Source: Nitrosopumilaceae archaeon (GTDB lineage: Archaea > Thermoproteota > Nitrososphaeria > Nitrososphaerales > Nitrosopumilaceae). Taken from it: a DNA stretch of 64,000 nt. The notes beneath the pieces are model-generated. The model made no database searches, had not been told where the DNA came from, and saw only the letters and a program-made list of their open reading frames with translations. Within the stretch, counting starts at the first letter, position 1; every line of letters starts with the position of its first letter. A program made the translations under genes and the position numbers. The DNA lies in the NCBI GenBank assembly GCA_965200155.1, contig CBDATR010000034.1, positions 96,001 to 160,000 on the forward strand, in the 5' to 3' direction. Shown here piece after piece: positions 52,148-64,000 of the stretch.

Positions 52148-53300
52148 GGATCAGTACACGGGGAACCTGTACCAAAAGTTTCCCGTCACCGTGAAGAGCG
52201 GGAATGGTGCCTCAATCCAGGACGAGAATGGCAGGACATACGTGGACATGATGGGAGGCTATGGCGTGGCCCTTGTAGGCCACTGTAACAGCAGGGTCTC
52301 AGATGCCATAGTGGAGCAGGCTCAAAAAATCATTACTATTCACAGCTCCCTGTACAGCAAGACCAGGGAGGAGTTTCTGGGAATGCTGGCAGGGGTGGCG
52401 CCCCCTGGTCTTGATGCCATACATTTTGGAAATAGTGGCGCCGAATCAGTCGAGGCGGCCATCAAGATATGCCGCAAGTATACCGGCAAGAAGGGCATGA
52501 TAGCCATGCGGGGTTCATATCATGGCAAGTCCATGGGGGCCTTGTCACTTACCTTTAACCCCAAGTATAGGCGGTCATTTCAGCCATTACTGGATGGCGT
52601 ATCATTCTCCAAGTTTGGCGACATGGAGGCATTAAGGTCGGCCGTAAACGAGGATACGGGAATGATAATAATAGAGCCCATACAGGGGGAGAGCGGCATA
52701 CACGTGCCTCCGGACTGCTTTTTGCAGGAGGTCCGGGAGATTTGTGACGGCAAGAACATACTACTAGTCCTGGACGAGATACAGTCGGGTTTGGGGCGTA
52801 CCGGCAAAATGTGGGCGGCCTCGCACTGGGGAGTGGCTCCTGACATACTATGCATAGCAAAGGGGATGGCAGGCGGCGTTCCCATGAGCGCCACTCTGAC
52901 CCGCCAGGACATTTTATCATGCATATCAAAGGGCGAGCACTCCTCCACCTTTGGGGGCAATCCGCTCTCCTGTGCCGCGGGTATAGGCACACTAAAGGCA
53001 CTGACACAGGACGGACTGATAGAGAACGCAGATACGGTGGGCAAGCATATCATGACGCGACTGCAGGACATGAAAAGTGGGCATCGTGTAATACGGGAGA
53101 TTCGGGGCAGGGGCTTAATGATAGGAGTAGAGATGCGCATGGAGGTCAGAGACATACTGATGAGCCTGATAAAACGAGGCGTCCTTATGCTGTACTCTGG
53201 CAGGAACGTGTTGAGGATGCTGCCGCCACTAGTAATAACCACCAAAGAGGCAGATATTGCCCTGGACGCCCTGGAGACAATCCTCTCGGAGAATGAGTGA
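52140..53300 (+). CDS. lysJ: Class III aminotransferase (LysJ/ArgD)
   Basis: NSGAESVE, EPIQGESG, DEIQSGLGRTG, HSSTFGGNP. Confidence 0.88.
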   Translation: MGEDQYTGNLYQKFPVTVKSGNGASIQDENGRTYVDMMGGYGVALVGHCNSRVSDAIVEQAQKIITIHSSLYSKTREEFLGMLAGVAPPGLDAIHFGNSGAESVEAAIKICRKYTGKKGMIAMRGSYHGKSMGALSLTFNPKYRRSFQPLLDGVSFSKFGDMEALRSAVNEDTGMIIIEPIQGESGIHVPPDCFLQEVREICDGKNILLVLDEIQSGLGRTGKMWAASHWGVAPDILCIAKGMAGGVPMSATLTRQDILSCISKGEHSSTFGGNPLSCAAGIGTLKALTQDGLIENADTVGKHIMTRLQDMKSGHRVIREIRGRGLMIGVEMRMEVRDILMSLIKRGVLMLYSGRNVLRMLPPLVITTKEADIALDALETILSENE

Positions 53301-53715
53301 GATGGCACAAGATATCAATGACACAATCCTGGACATGTTGGCAGAGAACTCCCGCGTATCACTTGCCAGTATAGCAAGTGAGACTAACATGTCTGCGCCG
53401 TCGGTGCGCCGCCGCATAGCCCAAATGGTATCAGAGGGCACCATAAAGCGGTTCACCGTAGAGCGGGGAGACGCCGGTACCAGCGCCATTGTATTGGTTA
53501 CGGCAGAGTCAGGCTCAGATACGGCCGCCCTGTCCGAGAGGATAAATGGCATGGATGGCGTAAGGACCGTATACGAGATAACCGGGCAGCATGATATCGT
53601 GGCCATAGTACATGCCCCAGACATATCGGAGATGAATCGCATCATAGACATGATGCGGGAGACGCCGGGAATTCAGGATACCAATACGGCCATAATACTG
53701 CGAAAACTGCACTAA
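53293..53715 (+). CDS. Lrp/AsnC-family regulator (LysM-like)
   Basis: HTH ILDMLAENSR..SVRRRI; VYEITGQHDI; start taken at 53293. Confidence 0.82.
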   Translation: MSEMAQDINDTILDMLAENSRVSLASIASETNMSAPSVRRRIAQMVSEGTIKRFTVERGDAGTSAIVLVTAESGSDTAALSERINGMDGVRTVYEITGQHDIVAIVHAPDISEMNRIIDMMRETPGIQDTNTAIILRKLH

Positions 53716-53729
53716 CTGGCTGCGTTAAG

Positions 53730-53830
53730 GTATGAGTTCACGTCTTCCGGAATCTTATGCACAAATCACATTAACTAGAACAACCTGTTCCATCAGTTAT
53801 GCGTAAATTTAGACACAGGTGAACTCATAC
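53730..53830 (+). mobile_element. MITE family A (101-bp type)
   Basis: TIRs; 8-bp TSD gcgttaag. Confidence 0.92.
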
Positions 53831-53866
53831 GCGTTAAGCACTGTATGTGCCCAACGCCCTGTCAAT

Positions 53867-53988
53867 AGACCGTATGCGCAGAATCACTTCTCTCACCCTG
53901 CACGTCTAAACCAAGTTGTTAGATACGAGTAATTGACCGAGTATCATGGGTTTTCACACACAGACTCGTGTGAAACAGAAAAGTTAAG
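53867..53988 (+). mobile_element. IS5-family (ISL2-type) left-end stub
   Basis: agaccgtatgcgca ... gaaaagttaag; same break point as 22974-23095. Confidence 0.82.
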
Positions 53989-54087
53989 GTATGAGTTCAC
54001 GTCTTCCGGAATCTTGTGCACAAATCACATTAACTGGTAACCGGTTCTATCAGTTGTGCGTAAATTTAGACACAGGTGAACTCATAC
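53989..54087 (+). mobile_element. MITE family A (99-bp variant), no TSD
   Basis: TIRs; interior ggtaaccggttcta. Confidence 0.9.
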
Positions 54088-54926
54088 CAATCTTTCGCTT
54101 CCTGCGCTTACCCTTTCGCGTTCTAATACTCTGGAGTGCGCTAATCTCCCGCAATATGGAACGATGTCTCATGTTATGGATCATCGTTCTGCCATTCGTG
54201 TAAGCTGTTACAGCTACCTGCCAACATCCACACAGCGAACAGCGCCGGTTGGTACATGTTTTGGTGGTTTCTCCCGTATATTGATGTGAATCTCGAATTG
54301 ACGCTCCATACTATTGGTTACTCGTTCCACTATCTTGAATGAGCGCATGTCCAAGGAACGATCGATTGGTTTGGTTGTTCTCACCACACCAATACCCGGC
54401 AGGTATAGTTCGCGAGAACCGCGCCTTATCGGTGGACACACACAAGACAGTATTACTCTATCATTGTCACGCCGGTGTGGTATGTAATTAGAATGATCCT
54501 CGTACGCCCGCCTGCACTCGACAGACGCCTGTAGTATGGCGTCCAGGCCATAGTTAGAGAGTAACTCGCGCACCCACTCCAGATCAGGGCGCCACTTTGT
54601 CAATTCCAGGAACAAACCATTCTTGTTGGACGGGTAAACCGTCCCCTGATAGCCGTTCTAGAACGCGGTAGCTGATTCACGTATAATGAATCACCCTTCT
54701 TTAGGTCATATGGTGACTTGGCGGACTCGTTCTTATTCTTGACCTTGGCCGGATCATGCTTCAATTCAAGAGTGGTTCCAGGTATGTAGTGACCGCCCAG
54801 CGTGATCTCGGGCACCGCTCTATTATAGACATAATCGGATGTGTTACCAAATATCTTGGCGCGCCGGGAGAACTCCTTATCATTCTTCAACGGTATAATG
54901 ACGGTCCGAATTATGTCATCCATCAT
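54088..54926 (-). pseudogene. tnpB: tnpB-like N-terminal remnant, frameshifted and truncated by a MITE
   Basis: FGNTSDYVYNRAV, LFLELTKWR, LYLPGIGVVR, RuvC-I-like VRCVDVG. Confidence 0.65.
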
Positions 54927-55345
54927 CTGGCGATTCTACTCTAGTAGTTGTTCTATAAAAGTACGGTCCCATACCCGGCAAAGACTTATGGTGGGCGCTA
55001 TACAATTTTCTTGCCGCGCCAGCGATATGATTACGCCAGCTATACATTGTCACGTAATCGTTTGTGTTACTCCCGTCATGGATATGTGACTTCCTATTCC
55101 GGGTAGTCAGGAACACTGGTCTGCGTTATCGCAGTGACCTCTGCAAGCTTGCGCCCGAACTTGTATTCTGTGCGGGCTAAGCGGTTACCACATTACGCTA
55201 ACTGCCATACACCTGGTCCTGAATGATACCAATGTTGCGAGTCATTTCTACGTCAGAAACATATGCCAAATAACATCGCAAGTTCACACAGCATAACGAT
55301 TACAGTCACCCATGATAGATAGAACCATGAGCGCGGTTACATATC

Positions 55346-56680
<1,335 letters not shown>

Positions 56681-57042
56681 CATTACATCCAGGTACGGCA
56701 CCATGTCATATTTTATCATGTCACCGGGGCGCACCCACACATATGACACGTTCTCGGAGTTCAGACGCACCATACCGGTATCGCTATAAAACAGGAACGG
56801 GTACACCCATAGGACGCCGCGCCCTACCGGCACATGCACGGGCATGGCACAGGTGACAGGCCTTACATGAGTCATACCGGTCTCCTCGTAAATCTCGGTC
56901 ACGGCCCGGCTTAATGCACTCTCACTACCCTCAATCATGCCGCTAACAGCAGCCCATCTTCCGGGAAATGTTGGCATGTCGTTACTTCTCCGCAACAACA
57001 AAACTCTACCATTCCACCACACAAAGGAGGTGACCGCCCGCA

Positions 57043-57894
57043 TCAGGAGTCCAGCGAGCCGACCATATTCAGCATCTTGCCATATGACTCATCAAGGTTC
57101 ACATTCTCGGACAGTCTCTCCTTGCAGGAATTTATGTATGCCAGAACCTCCTCGGTCTTTGATTCCTGAGTCGATGTAAGCAGTCGTCCCATATCCTTCC
57201 ACACTTCCTCGGCATATTTTCTGAGATCCGGATTTGATATTATAATCTCGATCAAGTCCGGTGACTCAGACATTATGCTCTCGGCCACTACGCGCTGTGC
57301 GCGATAAGTGGGGCCGGACATTTTGTCTACAAGGTGGCCATGACCGTCTTTTGATATGACACTGGCAAAGCAGAGGTTAACCAGGTGCGGCAATCCCAGT
57401 ATAATTGCTATCTTTTTGTCATGCTCCGAGGCGTCTATGGCGACAAAGTTGGCACCCTTGAAGAGTTTCTTTGCCATGCCCAGTTCGGCCTTGGCATCCC
57501 GTATGGGAACCGATATTATGTTGCGCTTTTTCAGCGAGTCTATTCCGGGCCCAAACATCGGATGTATGCATATGGGATTTATCTTGGCAGGCACTCTAGA
57601 CAGGGAGCTCACCACCTTGGATTTCTCCGATGATATATCTATCAGATAGGAGCCGCGCTTCATCTCTTTTGATATAAGGCGTATGACTTCCGGGGTACGG
57701 CGGGTGGGCGTGCACATCAGGACATAGTCGGCACCCAGTATTCCGCCTACAAGGGATTTGGCTACAGTAACGCCCTCTGTTGCTACCTCGGCATTGGTAT
57801 CAAAGCCGGTAACCGCAAAGCCGGAATCTACAAAGTATCTAGAGAACCATCTTCCCATCTGGCCTCCTGCACCAATGATAGTTATCTTTTCCAT
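57043..57894 (-). CDS. tyrA: Prephenate dehydrogenase
   Basis: GAGGQMG, DISSEK, IHPMFGP, EHDKKIA..LPH. Confidence 0.88.
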   Translation of the reverse strand: MEKITIIGAGGQMGRWFSRYFVDSGFAVTGFDTNAEVATEGVTVAKSLVGGILGADYVLMCTPTRRTPEVIRLISKEMKRGSYLIDISSEKSKVVSSLSRVPAKINPICIHPMFGPGIDSLKKRNIISVPIRDAKAELGMAKKLFKGANFVAIDASEHDKKIAIILGLPHLVNLCFASVISKDGHGHLVDKMSGPTYRAQRVVAESIMSESPDLIEIIISNPDLRKYAEEVWKDMGRLLTSTQESKTEEVLAYINSCKERLSENVNLDESYGKMLNMVGSLDS

Positions 57895-59243
57895 GTCATA
57901 TCATGTAATGTGGTACGTAATATGTGCATCCCCTCAGTCACCTGTCCGGTACCCGCGGAGAGACGGACAAATTCCGGATAGTGTCCAAAGCCCATCCCCG
58001 GAGCCAGGGCCAGACCCTTCTGCAGGCACCTCTCTATGAGATCCATGCCAATGATGCCGGGATACCGGACAAACAGGTACATGGCTCCCTGGGGTGGCAC
58101 AAATTGCAGGCCCATCTTTTGTGCCTCCCGGCTCATTATATCCAGGCGCTCCAGCATGGTGCTGGTATTGGACGAGGTATCATGGTTAATCGATTGTAGG
58201 GCGGCATACTGCACCACTCCGGATACTCCTGTCAGGCACAGGGCAGATGCCCGGCTCATGCGGGATATCACACTAGGAGAGGATACCGCATAGCCTATAC
58301 GGAAGCCCATCATGGCATGGGACTTTGAAAAGGACTGTGTGGCTATACCCCGCTCATACTGGTACTCCAGGATGCTCTTGGGGGCGGACTGTGTAGTGTG
58401 GTACTGATGGTATATCTCGTCACTAAGCACATAGATGTTATTTTGCATTGCAATATCCATAATGTCATCCATGATATTATGGGGCAGAATGGTACCGGTA
58501 GGATTGGACGGATAGCACAGAACTATCATCTTTGTCTGTGCCGTTATGGCTCCCTCTATATCGGACATGGGAGGTTCCCACCGGCCCTCCAGTGTAGTGG
58601 ATATGATTCTGGGTTTGGCTCCACAGTATCGTGCCATCTCCTTGTATGCAGGCCAGGCAGGCTCCATGATTATAATTTCATCACCAGGTCCCAATAGTGA
58701 TGTTATGGCGGCAAATACTCCAAAGCGCGCCCCGGGAGTTACCAATATGTTGCCACCGGTACCATAACCGATATGACTTGCCAGGGCGTCCCGTAACTGT
58801 GGCATTCCAGCAGGCAACCCGTACCTTGTATGCCCTGCCTCAAATCCCTCCTTAAGCCAGTGACCGGCCATGGGGGGCGGACCAAAGTCCGGCTCACCCA
58901 CCTCCATGTGTATCACTTTTTGGCCGCGCATCTCCATCTCTTTTGCGCGCCTGAATATGGAGAGATGGGTCGGTGTATCATCGGACTGCTTTTGTATTGA
59001 GTCATAGAATAGATAGTTCAGGAAGCGGTTTGCCGTGTCTGAGGAGAGGCCTATCTCCGAGGCGGTCTGCAGTACGGTATTTCGGAGCTGCGTCTCCCGG
59101 GAATTGCTCGTTACATCAAGGCCCCGTTCCCGCTTTATGTTGCCAATCTGTACAGATATGTCCGTACGCTCCTTGAGCAGGCGTATCATGTCCAGCGTAA
59201 TATGGTCCATACTCATGCGCAAGTCATCCAGTACGTCAGTCAT
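57882..59243 (-). CDS. Chorismate mutase-class I/II aminotransferase fusion
   Basis: N-terminal LDDLR..LLKER..IGNIK..RE (AroQ-like); GEPDF, PSNPTG, SDEIY, SFSKSHAMMGFRIG. Confidence 0.85.
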   Translation of the reverse strand: MTDVLDDLRMSMDHITLDMIRLLKERTDISVQIGNIKRERGLDVTSNSRETQLRNTVLQTASEIGLSSDTANRFLNYLFYDSIQKQSDDTPTHLSIFRRAKEMEMRGQKVIHMEVGEPDFGPPPMAGHWLKEGFEAGHTRYGLPAGMPQLRDALASHIGYGTGGNILVTPGARFGVFAAITSLLGPGDEIIIMEPAWPAYKEMARYCGAKPRIISTTLEGRWEPPMSDIEGAITAQTKMIVLCYPSNPTGTILPHNIMDDIMDIAMQNNIYVLSDEIYHQYHTTQSAPKSILEYQYERGIATQSFSKSHAMMGFRIGYAVSSPSVISRMSRASALCLTGVSGVVQYAALQSINHDTSSNTSTMLERLDIMSREAQKMGLQFVPPQGAMYLFVRYPGIIGMDLIERCLQKGLALAPGMGFGHYPEFVRLSAGTGQVTEGMHILRTTLHDMTWKR

Positions 59244-60337
59244 GATATCACCTGCCCAATCTGGCCGGACATTATACAGTGATCCGCCAGGACCAGTGCC
59301 AGCATGGAATCAACGACCGGCGGGGCACGGGGCACCACGCAGGGGTCATGGCGGCCACCTACCTGCAGTATGGCCGGTTCCATGGTGCTGGTGTTTACCG
59401 TATCCTGCTTTATGGCTATGGACGAGGCGGGCTTGAAGGCTGCCCTCACATGAATGGGCATCCCCGTGGCTAGCCCCCCCAGTATGCCACCTGCATTATT
59501 GGTCTTTGTACGGATATGATTATCCAGTATGTGGTAAGAGTCATTGTTCTGGGATCCCCGCGTACCGGATCCGGCAAAGCCGGATCCAAACTCCACACCC
59601 TTCACCGAGGGTATGGAGAAGAGCGCCGCGGATATGTCCGATTCCAGGGAGTGGTATATGGGCTCGCCTATTCCCGGCGGCACATTGGTGGTTATAGACT
59701 CTATCACGCCGCCCAGCGTATCTCCCTTGCGGCGCGCCTCCAGGATTGCATCCTCCATTATACCGGCAGTATCCCTGTTGGGGCACCGTACAATATTGGA
59801 GTATATGGAATTATGATTAATCATGTCATGAGTTATGTCTGCCCGTATGTTGCCAACTGAGAGGGTATATGAGTTGATTTGTATATTCAGTGTCTCAAGT
59901 AATAGCTTGCGCGCCACCGCTCCCGCCATGACCTGGGTGGCCGTCAGGCGGCCGGAGAATATGCCCCCTCCCCGTGGGTCGTTGTACCCACCATATCGAA
60001 TACTGGCAGGATAGTCCGAGTGGCCGGGTCTTGGAAGTCGCTCCATGATGGAATAGTCCTCGGATCTCTGGTTCTCATTCTGTATCTCCATGGCTATGGG
60101 GGCGCCGGTAGTCCTGCCCCGGTATATACCGGACAGTATTCTGATCCTGTCAGACTCCTTCCTCTGTGTGGATACAAGAGACTGTCCCGGCCGCCGCATA
60201 TCCAGCATGTACTGGATGTCTGCCTCACTTACGGCAAGGCCCGCGGGGCAGCCGGCCAGCAGGCATCCGACACGGCTGCCATGACTCTCGCCATAGCTGG
60301 TTATAGTAAGGCGATGACCCATGGTAGAACCCACCAT
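59240..60337 (-). CDS. aroC: Chorismate synthase
   Basis: GESHG, RRPGQS, PRPGH, RGGGIFSGRLT, GRHDPC; start taken at MVGSTMG. Confidence 0.94.
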   Translation of the reverse strand: MVGSTMGHRLTITSYGESHGSRVGCLLAGCPAGLAVSEADIQYMLDMRRPGQSLVSTQRKESDRIRILSGIYRGRTTGAPIAMEIQNENQRSEDYSIMERLPRPGHSDYPASIRYGGYNDPRGGGIFSGRLTATQVMAGAVARKLLLETLNIQINSYTLSVGNIRADITHDMINHNSIYSNIVRCPNRDTAGIMEDAILEARRKGDTLGGVIESITTNVPPGIGEPIYHSLESDISAALFSIPSVKGVEFGSGFAGSGTRGSQNNDSYHILDNHIRTKTNNAGGILGGLATGMPIHVRAAFKPASSIAIKQDTVNTSTMEPAILQVGGRHDPCVVPRAPPVVDSMLALVLADHCIMSGQIGQVIS

Positions 60338-60488
60338 GCCAGAAGGTGGCGCTACACAGTTATAACTGCTTGAGCATATTGTCCGCCAGGATTGAGACTC
60401 ATCAATTCTCCGCGGCATCAAGTAGTCCCAAATCTATGTCAATACAGGAATGGTCCCCACCATGGTACGCAAGAGCCCAGTCATGTAA

Positions 60489-60577
60489 GCATGAATTCGT
60501 ATATTTTTCAATCCTGTGCACAAATCATAACTATCAATATTCGTCGCGCGTAAATTTAGACAAAAATGAACTCATAC
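60489..60577 (+). mobile_element. Degenerate MITE related to family A
   Basis: gcatgaattc ... tgtgcacaaatca ... taaatttagac ... tgaactcatac. Confidence 0.6.
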
Positions 60578-61130
60578 CCATGTCGGGAAAAATATAGAAT
60601 GTGATTCTCTGATCGTCCCAGGTAATCGTTATTATACTATGGAAGTGAATAAATTATTAATCATGAATAAAGAAAAGTATGACGAAAAAGAATTTAGAAG
60701 AATAATGGCCGAGGCCAAGAAAACAGAAGGAGGCACAAATGAGGAAATAATTAAAAAGTTGATACCCTCATTGGGGAGAAAATACTATCCGACGGATGGC
60801 TTGAGAAAGTATGAGATAACTCGTGTCTAAGTTACACACAACTGATCGTGACTTGTGCACAAGATTCCGGAAGACGTGATTGGTTTGCCATAGGCGCCTG
60901 TTCACATAGAATACCAGTGCGTACCCATGTCAGACATGTTGCTCATCTCTAAGGTATCATGAAATGGCAGATTCACATGATCTTTGCCCGGGGCTACCTA
61001 AATGTATAAAGCAGAATTGGATAGTTTTTCAATGCAGACTCGTATGGCATACCAGTCCAGGCAAAGTCTACTCAATGACAGGACTTGCCACGACCAACAC
61101 ATAAGATAGTCATGTGTTTTTTGATGAACC

Positions 61131-62114
61131 GTGACAGACATACTCTTCTTTGTCAGTCCCATAGGATTGGGGCATGCTAGCCGGGACGCGGCCGTCGCAA
61201 ATCATCTGGGTGACGTCCGCTTTGTGACAGGGGGAGCCGCTGCCAGGCTGCTGGAGGGATATGGATATGTGACAGCGGATGTCTACAGGCCACCGGCCTT
61301 TGACGTACGGGGCGGTCACCTGGTAGGACAGACCTCGTGGCTGTTCCATTATTACAGGTATTATAATAGATGCAAAAAGGTGGCTGCAACCCTAATTGAA
61401 AGACACAAACCGCGACTGGTAGTATCAGACGAGGATTTTGCCGCGCTGGTCCAAGCCCAGAAAAGACAAATCAAGACGGTACTCATTACCGACATACTGA
61501 ATAGCAGGTTCACATCAGGAATTGGCGGAATCATAGAGAGGCGCATGAATGTTTCCATGAAGCGCATAATGGAAGAGTGCAATCATGTGATAATGCCCGA
61601 TGCCGGACAAGATCAAGGTAACATAGTACATGTGGGGCCAATAGTCCGGGATATGCGTCATTCCAGGGAGGAGTTACGAAAAAGGTACGGGATGCACCGC
61701 CCAACAGTACTGGTTACGGTAGGAGGGACCCGCGCGGGGCAGTTCCTGCTGGATGCCATGGAGCCGGTGGCCACCCAATTGAGGCCCCATGCTGATGTTG
61801 TAGTATCGGGGGGACCAATACACGGCAACATGGTGCAGGACCTGCACCACATGATATGTGCCGCGGATGTTGTAGTATCATTGGCGGGCCGCTCCACCAT
61901 GGACGAGTCATCAGTATATGGGACGCACGGCGTCTTTATACCAATATCAGGACACTTTGAGCAGGAGGACAATGCCATGAGGGCAGGCTACACGCATGGA
62001 GACGTGTACAGGTTATATGATATCATACTGGAAAAGCTGAAACAGCCTCGCAGGCCTCAGCCCACCAAGGGTGCCATTACATCAGCAGAACTGATACAGA
62101 ATATCCACTCCTAG
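61131..62114 (+). CDS. GT-B glycosyltransferase (GT28/MurG-like)
   Basis: GLGHASR, HVGPIVR, VTVGGT, AGRST, HFEQEDNA. Confidence 0.82.
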   Translation: MTDILFFVSPIGLGHASRDAAVANHLGDVRFVTGGAAARLLEGYGYVTADVYRPPAFDVRGGHLVGQTSWLFHYYRYYNRCKKVAATLIERHKPRLVVSDEDFAALVQAQKRQIKTVLITDILNSRFTSGIGGIIERRMNVSMKRIMEECNHVIMPDAGQDQGNIVHVGPIVRDMRHSREELRKRYGMHRPTVLVTVGGTRAGQFLLDAMEPVATQLRPHADVVVSGGPIHGNMVQDLHHMICAADVVVSLAGRSTMDESSVYGTHGVFIPISGHFEQEDNAMRAGYTHGDVYRLYDIILEKLKQPRRPQPTKGAITSAELIQNIHS

Positions 62115-62195
62115 TATGATGTGACCGTGTGAGCCGAATCAGGCATGACCATGTGATGACAATAGTTATATTACTGTAGACCATATTTTAACAAA

Positions 62196-64000
62196 ATGTT
62201 ACAATCTACGAACCGTAGCAATATCGTACTTAAAGCTTTAATCGGGGGGGGGGGGTCTCCTCCTTGCACTTTTACTAGTATTAGTACCGGCCACTGATCT
62301 TGCGTTTGCTCAATCAAGCGAGTCTATCACCATATCTGTATCTAGCACCACCTCCACTGGTGCCACCGTTACATGGAATCAGTACTCAAACCATAACGAT
62401 TATGTCGTGGCGTTACGTGATGGAGATGGAAATAGACTTGGGGCAACACGCGTTACCGGAACCACACATGATATTACCGGACTGACTCCTGACACCGACT
62501 ATAGGGTATTTGTCAGAACCATTGGAGACGGCTTTGTCAAGTCCAACATTGTACAGTTTAAGACAAAAGTCGCTCCCTCTAGTTCCATTAATACTATACC
62601 AGACATTACCATGGATGAGACCGAGAAGAAAACCATACCACTCAGTGTAACCCCTGCGAGTGATTCTGTCACATATGCAATAACCAAACAGGACGGCACG
62701 GCTGCACCCAGTTTTGTATTCATAGCTCCCATATCTTCTGACGGTGCAATTACAGACCACATTGTTTTGCTTCCTGCCAGAACCGATAGTGGACAATATT
62801 CACTGCGTGTCACAGCAACTATTGGTAGCGACACCATACATGAGGACTTTGTACTTACCGTAAATGACGACAATATAGATCCACCTATAATCTCAAAAAG
62901 AACGGCAAATTCTATAACTATCGAAGTACCTGGAACTGAACCAACAAATGATAAAGACTCACCTCTTTGTGTAGTAGCTGATGTCTTTGAATCTTCCCCA
63001 TGGAAGCTTATTTGGACCGAATCTCTGACTATTCATGGTAACATGACAATCACAAACCTCTTACCTAATACTGATTACACCATCAGTGTGGTCAACGAAT
63101 GCAAAGCGCTAAGTTTAGCAACCTTCAATGTCAATACTAACCCCCTCAGATTCACTAATACTATACCAGACATTACCATGGACGAGGGTACATCACGTCA
63201 AATAAAGCTAAATGCAACTGATTATAATGATAGAGCCATCACATATAATGTAGAGGTCCTGAACGACAAGACATTACCTGGGTCTGAAGGAACATCAAAT
63301 GGTTACCTCGTTTTGGAGCCTGATAGAACAGCAGCAGGAGAATACACTCTACGTGTCACAGCAACTGCTGGTAGCGACATCATACGTGATGAATTTGTAC
63401 TTACCGTAAGTGATCCTGGTATTGATCCACCCCAAATCAAAACTCAAAATAGCACCTCTGTAACTATAGAGGTCGCCTCAGAGGACTATAATCCACAAGA
63501 CGCAACCTGTACAACCGCCGGTATCTTCGAAACCTCCTCCGGGTTTTTAGGTGCTGAAATAGAGGATTTCGAATCAAACCCCTTGACAATTACGGGCCTC
63601 ACACCTGATACTGCATACACCATAAATGTGTATAAATACTGTGATCCCACTGGACTTCTGGGAACCCTAAAGTTCACTACATCATCTAGTAGCAGTGAAG
63701 ATCAGACATCACCTGATAACAGTCAGACATCACCTGATAACAGTCAGACATCACCTGATAACAGTCAGACATCACCTGATAACAGTCAGACATTAGTACT
63801 AAGTAGAACCATAAGTGGCAATGATGTTACTCTAAGCTGGAACGACTTGGCAGATACTATCTATATCGTGGCGGTATTTGATGGGGACGGAGATCGAGTC
63901 ATTGAAGGCGGAGCAGCACGCGTATCACCTAACTCCTATACCCTCAATGACCTAGATGCTGACACATATACGGCATTTGTGAGAACCCCTGGACCCTCAG
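62196..64000 (+). CDS. Large secreted FN3/Ig-like repeat surface protein, frameshifted at a G12 tract as sequenced; runs off the window
   Basis: Frame open from about 62254 to the window end; ITGLTPDTDY, ITNLLPNTDY, ITGLTPDTAY; two NTIPDITMDE...GxYxLRVTAT modules; signal peptide split by poly-G. Confidence 0.8.
62244..62255 (+). repeat. G12 homopolymer, candidate phase-variation tract
   Basis: atc gggggggggggg tctcc, 16 codons after the ATG at 62196. Confidence 0.8.
63702..63793 (+). repeat. 21-bp tandem repeat, about 4.4 copies (QTSPDNS linker)
   Basis: tcagacatcacctgataacag x4 plus a partial copy. Confidence 0.93.

Noticed and set aside
7343-53308. Long antisense ORFs (e.g. 7343-8050, 8761-9384, 52580-53308)
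   Set aside because: Shadow frames of well-supported genes with no independent motifs
4333-54087. The recurring 92-101 bp sequence as a CRISPR array or ncRNA gene
   Set aside because: It is dispersed, occurs in both orientations, and has TIRs and 8-bp TSDs matching the IS66 element, so it is a MITE
12477-54203. Short ORFs containing YEFTSSGILCTNHIN, MSSRLPES or MHKIPEDVNSY as a peptide family
   Set aside because: These are translations of the MITE fused to flanking DNA
54930-55345. TPP riboswitch upstream of thiC
   Set aside because: The conserved GCTGAGA and CCTGA...GCG core was not recognisable
57882-59243. Chorismate mutase-aminotransferase fusion as novel
   Set aside because: Fits the aroC-tyrA context and, as I recall, is usual in this lineage

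Overview
Archaeal DNA, most likely from an ammonia-oxidising Nitrososphaerota (Nitrosopumilaceae/Cenarchaeum-like, possibly host-associated) genome; this is inferred from gene content and was not checked by a search. Intact housekeeping blocks (two aconitase-family leuCD/hacAB pairs, purP, phnDCE, ppdK, purQLF, Dur3-type urea transporter plus ureG, argG-lysXYZJ-lrp, thiC, aroC/chorismate mutase-aminotransferase/tyrA) are separated by dense IS debris. The debris includes one intact single-ORF IS66-family element with an 8-bp TSD, 21 near-identical 92-101 bp MITEs sharing its termini, a second older IS66-type MITE family, and IS903-, ISL2/IS5-, IS481- and tnpB remnants. The most unusual signal is three isolated repeat-spacer-repeat units (6345-6453, 20254-20364, 26580-26691). 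Each is an exact 37-bp duplication around a 35-38 bp insert, the three repeats are unrelated to each other, and no cas gene is present. This geometry fits off-target Cas1-type spacer integration (inference). Also notable: a G12 tract that frameshifts the signal peptide of a large FN3/Ig surface protein, a 2.6-kb MITE-bounded segment with a split TSD, and an inside-out ISL2-type element. All repeats and coordinates were read by eye.
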